This document shows positions 20,475 through 28,362 of a DNA stretch of 64,000 bases, one piece after another. Source of the stretch: Acidobacteriota bacterium (lineage in GTDB: Bacteria; Acidobacteriota; UBA6911; RPQK01; JAJDTT01); the NCBI GenBank assembly GCA_965209055.1, contig OZ242374.1:96001-160000 (forward strand), read 5' to 3'. The number at the start of each line of letters is the position of its first letter. Within the stretch, counting starts at the first letter, position 1. Below the pieces are notes generated by a model. The model searched no databases. It saw nothing but the letters and a program-made list of their open reading frames with translations, and had not been told where the DNA came from. Both the position numbers and the translations under genes were made by a program.

Positions 20475-21647
20475 ATGCTGCAATCCCCCTCGGCATATGT
20501 CGAGGGCTACCGGGAGGCCCGGCGCTACGACCAGACGCTTGCCGACAGCTATATCCGGCACACAACCGTCGGCGACCCCGCGCTCGATCCGGTGATGGAC
20601 GAGGTCTCCTCGTTGCCGCCCCACGTATTGCATCGATTCATCCGAGCCGGGATCGACCAGGACGAAGAGGGTCTTCGCGCCGCGCCGCAGTCACTGCGCG
20701 GTTTTTTCGAGAATCTGGAAGATCCCCCCTGGTTCGACTACGAAGCTTTTCGTCCCGGCGTCCGGGCCTTTCACCTGAACACGACGAAAATCCTCGTCGC
20801 CTTTGTCACGGGCGTGCTGATCGAGGGATTTGCGACGCTGATCGCCAAGTCTTTCGCCACGACGGGACGCGTCTTGAGCCCCTTGACCGCGAGAAGGCGC
20901 CTGATGCAGAACAACCGCCATCTGCTGGAGGTGTTTTTCCCCGGAGGTCTGCGGAGGGATGGAGATGGTTGGAAGCTCTCCATGCGCCTTCGCTTCGTTC
21001 ACGCCCGAGTGAGGCACCTGTTGGCGAATTCCGACGCTTGGGATGCCGATGCTTGGGGTACGCCGATCAGCGCGGCGCACCTGGGTTTCGCCACCACCGT
21101 CTTTTCCATGCGCCTGCTCCAGCATTCGATTTCCGTGGGGGCCAGGTATTCCGGGGAGGAGCGAGAGAGTGTGCTGCAAGTCTGGCGATACGCCGGGTAC
21201 GTCATGGGGGTGCCCGAGTCCATCCTCTTTTCCAGTGAAAGCCACGCGCGCGAAATATTCGATGTAGCCCACATGTGCGAGCCGACCCCGGACAGTGATT
21301 CGGCCACCATGGCCAACGCGCTGGTAGAGGCGATTCCCCTGACGGCGGGAATCGAAGACCCGGAGGAACAGGTCGCCGTGAAGGACCTGGCCTACCGGCT
21401 GTCACGCTCCCTGATCGGAAACAGGCTTGCCGACCAGTTGCAGTTTCCAAAGTCGAATACCTTGGGTGTGCTGTTCGCTTACCGGTTGAAACAACGTTTT
21501 CAGCATCTGCTCAAGAGCCAGCAGTTGATCAGGTCGGAGAATTTTTGCCAGATGCTCGAAATCTCGGTCTACGACGAGGCCGTGTTGGGCGCGATGAGTT
21601 ACAAATTGCCTGACCACGTTCGGGCGTCGAAATCGAGTCCCTGGTGA
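20475..21647 (+). CDS. MpaB/Lcp-like (DUF2236) heme oxygenase family protein
   Basis: GDPALD, PPWFD, GDGWKLSMRLRFVHARVRHLL (putative heme His), WD..AWGTPIS, WRYAGYVMGVPE; no signal peptide; AGGAG RBS. Confidence 0.8.
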   Translation: MLQSPSAYVEGYREARRYDQTLADSYIRHTTVGDPALDPVMDEVSSLPPHVLHRFIRAGIDQDEEGLRAAPQSLRGFFENLEDPPWFDYEAFRPGVRAFHLNTTKILVAFVTGVLIEGFATLIAKSFATTGRVLSPLTARRRLMQNNRHLLEVFFPGGLRRDGDGWKLSMRLRFVHARVRHLLANSDAWDADAWGTPISAAHLGFATTVFSMRLLQHSISVGARYSGEERESVLQVWRYAGYVMGVPESILFSSESHAREIFDVAHMCEPTPDSDSATMANALVEAIPLTAGIEDPEEQVAVKDLAYRLSRSLIGNRLADQLQFPKSNTLGVLFAYRLKQRFQHLLKSQQLIRSENFCQMLEISVYDEAVLGAMSYKLPDHVRASKSSPW

Positions 21648-23947
21648 ACGAAGGTATGACGTCGCCCTTCTTGGACCGCTACATTGCTGTTGTCCTGAAC
21701 CACCGCTGGACGGTGTTGGTGGTTGCGACAGTGGTCATGCTGGTCATGACGGCAGGTGCCCGGTACATCACCACCACGAACGACTACCGAATTCTGTTCG
21801 ACGAAGACAATCCCCAACTCGCCGCATTCGATGCCCTGGAGAACACCTATGCCGCATCCAACAGGGCATTGATCGCCATTGCGCCCGGGGCGGGTTCCGT
21901 ATTCACGCTCGAGGCGCTTGGGGCGATCGAGGAACTGACCGAAGCTGCCTGGGGCGCCCCCTATTCCACACGGGTCGATTCCCTCACCAACTATTCCCAT
22001 AGCGAAGCGGTCGAGGACGACCTGGTGGTCGAGCCGCTGGTCGATGACGCACAGTCTCTGAACGATGCCGACCTGGCCCGAATCCGGACGATTGCGCTGA
22101 ATGCTTCCGAGATCGCCGGGCGCCTGGTCTCCACCGACGGCCGAGTCGGCGGCTTGACCATCAATTTCGTCCTGCCCGAAGATCCGGACGCCGCGGTGGC
22201 GGAGATCAACGACTATCTCAACGCCGCTCTGGAAGAGGCTCGCGGACGGCATCCTGAAATCGCCTATTTCCTGACCGGCGATGTCGTCATGCACCGCGCC
22301 TTCGCCGAAGCCACACAGGACGATCTTCAGATCCTGGTTCCCATCGTTTTTCTGGTGATCGCGGCCTCCGCCGCGATTCTTCTGCGCTCGTTTCTTGCCA
22401 CCCTGTCCATCTCGGTCCTGCTCGTATTCATCGTCAACACGACAATGGGGTTGGCGGGCTGGCTCGGAACCGTGATGAGTCCGACCAATGCCGGGGTACC
22501 CATTATCGTGATGGCGGTCGCCGTTGCGGATTCAATTCACATCGTCACCAGCACCTTGCTGGGCATGAGCCGCGGTTTGAGCAGGAACGCCGCGATCGCG
22601 GCATCCGTGCGGACCAATGCTTATCCCGTATTTCTGACGACTCTCACAACGGTGATCGGCTTTCTCAGCCTGAACGCTTCGGACTCGCCTCCGTTTCGCG
22701 TCCTGGGCAATCTGGTGGCGTTCGGTGTTTCTTGTGCTTTCGTTTATTCCATGTTGCTTCTGCCGGCGGTGCTTTCGATCCTGCCGCTGCGCGCGCGCCG
22801 GCTGCTCCCTGAAAAGACTCTCTTCTTCGAACGCTTCGGCGCCTTTGTCGTGGCCAAGCGCAGATTTCTGCTCTGGTTCGTTCCCCTCATCGCCATAGGC
22901 CTCGTCATGGGCATCCCCCGCAACCAGTTGAGCGACAATTGGCCCAAGTATTTCGACGAGCGCTACCAGTTCCGGCGCGATACGGATTTCGTCATCGAAA
23001 ACCTGACCGGCTTGGATACGCTGGAGTATTCGCTGAAAGCGGGACGGGAAGGCGGCATCACCGATCCCGAATATCTGGGCGCCGTCGAGAAATTCGCCGA
23101 ATGGTACCGCACGCAACCCGAAGTGACCCATGTCCAGGCGTTCCCGGACATCATGAAACGCCTGAACAAGAACATGCACGGCGACGACCCCGGTTACTAT
23201 CGGTTGCCGGACGACCCCGAACTCGCGGCCCAATACCTGTTGGTCTACGAGCTGTCGCTTCCCTTCGGCAATGACCTGAACAACCGGATCGACATCGCCA
23301 AGTCCGAGACCCGCATGACGGTGACGGTCCGTGACTCTTCGTCGCGGGGCCTGCGCGAGTTGGACGCTCGCGCTCAAGATTGGCTCCGCGCCAACCTGCC
23401 CCATCGAGTCGTGCCGGCCACGGGCCTCAGTGTGGTCTTTGCCCACCTTTCTCTTCGAAACATCGAAAGCATGCTGCGGGGGACGATCATTGCCATGGCC
23501 ATCGTCTCGTTCATCCTGGTCCTGATATTCCGGAGCGTGCGCCACGGACTCATCAGTCTGATTCCCAACTTCATTCCTGCGGCAATGAGCTTCGGATTCT
23601 GGGGCTATCTGGTGGGCAATCTGGGTCTGGCCGGTTCCGTGATGACCGCGATTGCGTTCGGTATCGTCGTAGACGACACGATTCATTTCCTGACCAAGTA
23701 TCTGAAGGGGCGCCGCCAGGGCCTGGATGCGGCCGCGGCCGTGCGTTCCACATTCAACACTGTCGGAAAGGCTCTGTGGACCACGACTGCGGTCTTGTCG
23801 GCCGGCTTCCTGGTGTTCGCTTCATCGGGATTCGAGGTCAGCCGGTCGCTCGGACTCATGGTCACGATCACCATAGTGTTCGCGCTTCTCGCCGATTTCT
23901 TTCTGCTGCCGCCTCTGTTGATGGCCCTCGATCGGAGAAAATCATGA
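21644..23947 (+). CDS. MMPL/RND family lipid transporter
   Basis: 767 aa, two repeats with AVAVADSIH and GIVVDDTIHF, TTLTTVIGFLSL; overlaps the oxygenase stop (GTGA). Confidence 0.9.
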   Translation: MNEGMTSPFLDRYIAVVLNHRWTVLVVATVVMLVMTAGARYITTTNDYRILFDEDNPQLAAFDALENTYAASNRALIAIAPGAGSVFTLEALGAIEELTEAAWGAPYSTRVDSLTNYSHSEAVEDDLVVEPLVDDAQSLNDADLARIRTIALNASEIAGRLVSTDGRVGGLTINFVLPEDPDAAVAEINDYLNAALEEARGRHPEIAYFLTGDVVMHRAFAEATQDDLQILVPIVFLVIAASAAILLRSFLATLSISVLLVFIVNTTMGLAGWLGTVMSPTNAGVPIIVMAVAVADSIHIVTSTLLGMSRGLSRNAAIAASVRTNAYPVFLTTLTTVIGFLSLNASDSPPFRVLGNLVAFGVSCAFVYSMLLLPAVLSILPLRARRLLPEKTLFFERFGAFVVAKRRFLLWFVPLIAIGLVMGIPRNQLSDNWPKYFDERYQFRRDTDFVIENLTGLDTLEYSLKAGREGGITDPEYLGAVEKFAEWYRTQPEVTHVQAFPDIMKRLNKNMHGDDPGYYRLPDDPELAAQYLLVYELSLPFGNDLNNRIDIAKSETRMTVTVRDSSSRGLRELDARAQDWLRANLPHRVVPATGLSVVFAHLSLRNIESMLRGTIIAMAIVSFILVLIFRSVRHGLISLIPNFIPAAMSFGFWGYLVGNLGLAGSVMTAIAFGIVVDDTIHFLTKYLKGRRQGLDAAAAVRSTFNTVGKALWTTTAVLSAGFLVFASSGFEVSRSLGLMVTITIVFALLADFFLLPPLLMALDRRKS

Positions 23948-24768
23948 TTTACTCTTGTTCCGTCCGGTCTCCCCTCGCGCATGTGGTTCCTGCCGTCGTC
24001 GTCATGGCCTGTCTGGCTTCGCCGGCGTTCGCCCGTTCCGACGACGCTTCCCCCGAAGAAATCGGCCTGAAGATTGCGCTCGAAGCGCGGGAGCAGGGAG
24101 ACGGATTCGGCAATTTTACGGCTCAACAGACCATGGTGTTGCGGAACAAGCAGGGGAAGCAGAGTCGGCGCCAACTCCGGGTCAGGGTGCTCGAAGTGCC
24201 CGGAGACGGAGACAAGAGCATGTTCGTCTTCGATGAGCCGCGGGACGTCAAGGGAACGGCTTTCCTGATCCACGCCCATCGCGACAAGGCGGACGACCAG
24301 TGGCTCTATCTCCCGGCGCTGAAGCGGGTGAAACGGATCAGTTCGTCGAACCGCTCCGGCTCCTTCATGGGCAGCGAGTTCGCCTATGAGGACATGAGCG
24401 CGCAGGAAGTGGAGAGATTCAGCTACCGATACCTGCGGGACGAGCCTTGCGGCGAGTTGACGTGCACCGTCTCCGAGCGCGTCCCTGTGGACAAGAAATC
24501 GGGTTACCGCAGGCAGTTGGTCTGGCAGGACAAAGACGCGTTTCGCGTTTGGAAGGTGGAATACTACGATCGCAAGGATTCGCACCTGAAGACCCTCACC
24601 TTGAGGAACTACCGGCAGTACCTGGATCGCTACTGGCAGGCGGGCGAGATGACGATGGTGAATCATCTCACCGGGAAAAGCACCGTTCTGACATGGACGG
24701 AATATGAATTCCGGACCAAGCTCAACGATCGCGACTTCACCCGCACCGGGCTGCAACGGATTCGTTAA
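23944..24768 (+). CDS. Outer membrane lipoprotein-sorting (LolA-like) periplasmic protein
   Basis: Signal peptide; FDEPRDVKGTAFL, DDQWLYLPALKRVKRI, SFMGSEFAYED; ATGA overlap with MMPL. Confidence 0.88.
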   Translation: MIYSCSVRSPLAHVVPAVVVMACLASPAFARSDDASPEEIGLKIALEAREQGDGFGNFTAQQTMVLRNKQGKQSRRQLRVRVLEVPGDGDKSMFVFDEPRDVKGTAFLIHAHRDKADDQWLYLPALKRVKRISSSNRSGSFMGSEFAYEDMSAQEVERFSYRYLRDEPCGELTCTVSERVPVDKKSGYRRQLVWQDKDAFRVWKVEYYDRKDSHLKTLTLRNYRQYLDRYWQAGEMTMVNHLTGKSTVLTWTEYEFRTKLNDRDFTRTGLQRIR

Positions 24769-26018
24769 TGCCCCGCCGTCTCGTCATTCGGTGCGCGCGA
24801 TTCTGCACTGCGGGGCTTCTCATCCCAGTCTGTATTGGCGGACTCCGGGCCGAGATCGTCAGGCACGAGACTTCGGGGCGCGTGAGCCTTGAAAGCCGGT
24901 GGCATCCCCAAAGTGCGGCGTACCCCGGCCAGCGTTCACACGCAAGCGGTCTGGCCATCGAGCCCGAATTCTATCTCGAAGACCATGGAGGCCGGAGCTT
25001 CAATCTGGCGCCGTTTTTTCGTTACGACGCCGGGGACCCGAGCCGAACCCATGTCGATCTGCGTGAAGCCTACCTTCTGCTGTTCGGCGACGTCGCGAAT
25101 AGCGAATGGGAGCTCCGTCTAGGGGTGGACCGGGTGTTCTGGGGAGTCACCGAATCCCGCCACCTGGTCAACATCGTCAACCAGATCGACCTGGTGGAAC
25201 ATCCCTACAAGGAACCCAAGCTGGGCCAACCCATGGCCCACCTTACTTTTTCCGGCGATTGGGGAACGGCGGAAGTCTTCGGCCTGACGTATCACCGTGG
25301 CCGCACCTTTCCGGGCCGCTTCGGCCGTCTGCGACTTCCGTTTGTTGTGGACAACGACATGATTTCCTATGAGAGCGACGCCAAGCAGTGGCATCTGGAT
25401 TTAGCCGGCCGCTACAGTCGCAGTTTCGGGCCTCTCGACCTGGGCATGAGCGTTTTCGACGGCACCAGTCGAGATCCCTTTCTGACTCTGGATCCGGGCC
25501 TCTCCGGAGAACCGGCCTTGGTCCCATACTACGAGCAGATCCGGCAGTTCGGGCTGGACGCCCAGGTGACGGCCGGGTCCTGGCTGTTCAAGCTCGAGGC
25601 GATTCGGCGAACCGGCGCCCAAAACCTTCTCGGCGTGGAAGAAGACTACTCGGCTTCCACGTTTGGCGGCGAGTACACGTTCTATTCCGTATCCGGCTCG
25701 GCGTTGGATCTTACGCTGCTCAGCGAATGGAACTACGACGACCGGCGCCAATATGCCACCAACATCTTCCAGAATGATTTTTTCCTGGCCGCGAGGATAG
25801 CCTTCAACGACGTTCAGAGCACCGAGCTTCTCGCCAGCATTCTGCGAGACGCCGACAGTTCAGGACAGGTGCTGACTCTGGAATTGAACCGGCGCATCTC
25901 GGATCAGTGGTCTCTGCGTCTGGAGTCGATCGCCTTTCGGGGTATCCAGGAAGTGGATCTCACCTATTTGACTCGGCGCGACAGCTTCGTCGAATTGGCC
26001 TTGATTTACAATTTTTGA
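24768..26018 (+). CDS. Putative outer-membrane beta-barrel protein
   Basis: Signal peptide, DLREAY and VFWGVTES..LVNIVNQID motifs, amphipathic strands, C-terminal YNF (BAM signal); TAATG coupling to the upstream gene. Confidence 0.75.
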   Translation: MPRRLVIRCARFCTAGLLIPVCIGGLRAEIVRHETSGRVSLESRWHPQSAAYPGQRSHASGLAIEPEFYLEDHGGRSFNLAPFFRYDAGDPSRTHVDLREAYLLLFGDVANSEWELRLGVDRVFWGVTESRHLVNIVNQIDLVEHPYKEPKLGQPMAHLTFSGDWGTAEVFGLTYHRGRTFPGRFGRLRLPFVVDNDMISYESDAKQWHLDLAGRYSRSFGPLDLGMSVFDGTSRDPFLTLDPGLSGEPALVPYYEQIRQFGLDAQVTAGSWLFKLEAIRRTGAQNLLGVEEDYSASTFGGEYTFYSVSGSALDLTLLSEWNYDDRRQYATNIFQNDFFLAARIAFNDVQSTELLASILRDADSSGQVLTLELNRRISDQWSLRLESIAFRGIQEVDLTYLTRRDSFVELALIYNF

Positions 26019-26254
26019 GGGTCGCCGGGTTCCCTCGGCATCAGGCAGCCGCGCCGCTCAAATCGCCGGCTCGGGCGTCCTCAGGCGGGAAAAGGAGTCG
26101 GCCTCATCAGTGGCATTCAGCCTTCCGTACCATTTCCCGGCAACGAAAACCATCTGCCGACCGTGGCGTGGTGGTTTCGCTTGAAGGTCCACCGGTGGTA
26201 ATATCGCGGCAAATTGTCGGAAGGATTAGGTCACAATATCCGGGAGTCAGAGCA

Positions 26255-26593
26255 ATGGAGGTTCACGCCGAGCGGGAAGGAGGGATCTTGATCACCCGAG
26301 CGGAGGGCCGTGTCGACGGCACCAATGCCCGCGAATTCGAGGAGGCGCTCCACGCAGTAATCGGGGAGGACGATCGTCTCCTGATCATGGACTTACAAGA
26401 TCTTTCCTACATCAGCAGTGCCGGCCTTCGAGCTTTTCTGATGATTGCAAAGAAGCTGCAGGGACGAGGTGGAAAGCTCGTTGTGTGCTCGCTCACCGAT
26501 ACCATCAACGAGGTGTTTGAGATCAGTGGTTTCAGCAGAATCATCCCCACTCACGCCTCCCGGTCCGAAGCCGTCGCCAAACATGGCGGATAG
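26255..26593 (+). CDS. STAS-domain anti-sigma factor antagonist, copy 2
   Basis: 112 aa, about 74% identical to copy 1 by manual alignment; LSYISSAGLR. Confidence 0.92.
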   Translation: MEVHAEREGGILITRAEGRVDGTNAREFEEALHAVIGEDDRLLIMDLQDLSYISSAGLRAFLMIAKKLQGRGGKLVVCSLTDTINEVFEISGFSRIIPTHASRSEAVAKHGG

Positions 26594-26761
26594 GATCTAA
26601 TCGTGGAGACCGGAGTGGATGCCGGTCGAGTCTGCTGCGTCGCACTGTCGGGGCGCGCCCGATGACCGGCCGTATTCGCAAGCGGACGGGAATTGCGCCG
26701 GTGACAAGGCACAGTCGCCCGTCGTCTCCTTTATGAGGTTCAGTCTGAGCGAGAGGCGTCG

Positions 26762-27181
26762 TTGAGCCGAAAGCTGTCCCTGGAAATCGACCCCAGAGTT
26801 GAGGAACTGAGTGTGATTACGGCCGCTGTGGAGCAGTTCGGCGACGCGGAAAAATGGCCGTCCGACATGATCTTTCAAATCAACCTGGTGATCGAAGAGC
26901 TGGGACTCAACATCATGACCCACGGGAAGACCAAGAACCTCGAGAAGATCGAGATCACGCTGACCGCGGAAGGTGAGTCCCTCACCGTCGAAATCGTGGA
27001 CAACGGCCATCCGTTCGATCCGACCAGCGAGGCTCCCGAGCCCGATCTGGATGTGGAATTAGGGGAACGCACCATCGGCGGCCTCGGGATCCATATCGTA
27101 CGCAGCCTGGTGGACAACTTGCGCTATCGGCGTCAGGGGGGGAGAAACCACGTGACTCTGGTCAAGGAGCGGGTCCGGTGA
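26762..27181 (+). CDS. Anti-sigma factor / serine kinase (RsbW-like), copy 2
   Basis: 139 aa paralogue of 16326-16745; EELGLNIMTHG, DNGHPFDP, GGLGIHIV. Confidence 0.9.
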   Translation: MSRKLSLEIDPRVEELSVITAAVEQFGDAEKWPSDMIFQINLVIEELGLNIMTHGKTKNLEKIEITLTAEGESLTVEIVDNGHPFDPTSEAPEPDLDVELGERTIGGLGIHIVRSLVDNLRYRRQGGRNHVTLVKERVR

Positions 27182-28362
27182 AGCGATGGTCCGGCCGGCC
27201 GGCCGGCGTCCTCATTTTGGTGGCCGCATGGTTGCTGACAGCATTGCCGGTTCCGGCGCAGGAACCCGGCGTTTCCGACGACCGCATTCTCTTCGGACAG
27301 TCCGCCGCTTTCAGCGGTCCTGCCCAGGAGTTGGGTATCAGCATGCGTCTCGGCATCCAGGCCGCCTTCCACGAGGTCAACCGGGCGGGCGGCATCGATG
27401 GCCGTCGGCTGGAGTTGACGTCGCTGGACGATGCCTACGAACCGGAGGCCGCCGTTGCCAATACCGTCACTCTGATCAGGGAACAAGAGGTCTTCGCTCT
27501 CATCGGCGCAGTCGGCACACCCACCTCACGCGCGGCCGTACCGGTTGCCGCGGACGCCAGCGTGCCGTATATCGCCCCCTTCACGGGTGCCGAGTTCCTG
27601 CGCGCCGCCGAGTGGAGCAACGTCATCAACCTTCGGGCCTCCTACAACCAGGAGACCGAAGAAATGGTAGCCAGGTTGACTGAGGACATGGGAATCAAGC
27701 GGATCGCCGTATTGTTCCAGGACGATTCCTTCGGCCGGGCCGGATACCGTGGGGTTCGGGCCGCGCTCGATCGACGGAATATGACGCCGGTGGCCATCGG
27801 CCTTTACCCTCGCAATACCCTGGCGGTAAAGATGGCTCTCCTGGACATCAACGACGGGGACCCCAAAGCCGTGATTCTCATCGGCGCGTACAAACCTCTC
27901 GCCACATTCATTTCCTGGGCCCGGTTTTCGGGCCTCCAAGCCGTATTCATGAACATCTCCTTCGTCGGCAGCAACGCGTTGGCGAAGGAGCTCGGCTCCG
28001 CCGGCGCCGGTGTTTACGTCACTCAGGTCGTGCCCTTCCCGACCGACAAATCGCGTTCCATCGTCCGCGACTACAATCGCGCCCTTGCCGCCTACGCATC
28101 CGGCGTGGTTCCCGGGTTCATCTCCTTCGAAGGCTATCTGGCCGGGCGCCTGGCCATTGCCGGCCTGAAGCAGTCCGGGGGTGAGATTAGTCGAGCCGGT
28201 TTTCTGGACGGTTTTCGCCAAGCCGGAATGATGGACCTCGGTGGGTTCCGGCTTCGTTTCGGCGACCAGGACAACCAGGGATCGGATGCCGTTTATCTGA
28301 CCGTAATCGGTCGTGACGGTCAATATCGTCCCATCAGCTCAATGCTGGAAGCGGCGCCGTGA
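27178..28362 (+). CDS. Periplasmic ligand-binding protein (type I, branched-chain amino acid ABC SBP-like)
   Basis: Signal peptide; FGQSAAFSGPA, LDDAYEP, GAVGTPTS, RASYNQE; no ABC permease or ATPase nearby. Confidence 0.85.
   Translation: MKRWSGRPAGVLILVAAWLLTALPVPAQEPGVSDDRILFGQSAAFSGPAQELGISMRLGIQAAFHEVNRAGGIDGRRLELTSLDDAYEPEAAVANTVTLIREQEVFALIGAVGTPTSRAAVPVAADASVPYIAPFTGAEFLRAAEWSNVINLRASYNQETEEMVARLTEDMGIKRIAVLFQDDSFGRAGYRGVRAALDRRNMTPVAIGLYPRNTLAVKMALLDINDGDPKAVILIGAYKPLATFISWARFSGLQAVFMNISFVGSNALAKELGSAGAGVYVTQVVPFPTDKSRSIVRDYNRALAAYASGVVPGFISFEGYLAGRLAIAGLKQSGGEISRAGFLDGFRQAGMMDLGGFRLRFGDQDNQGSDAVYLTVIGRDGQYRPISSMLEAAP

Noticed and set aside
23380-23943. N-terminal extension of the LolA-like ORF
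   Set aside because: Overlaps the MMPL gene in another frame; the signal peptide starts at 23944.
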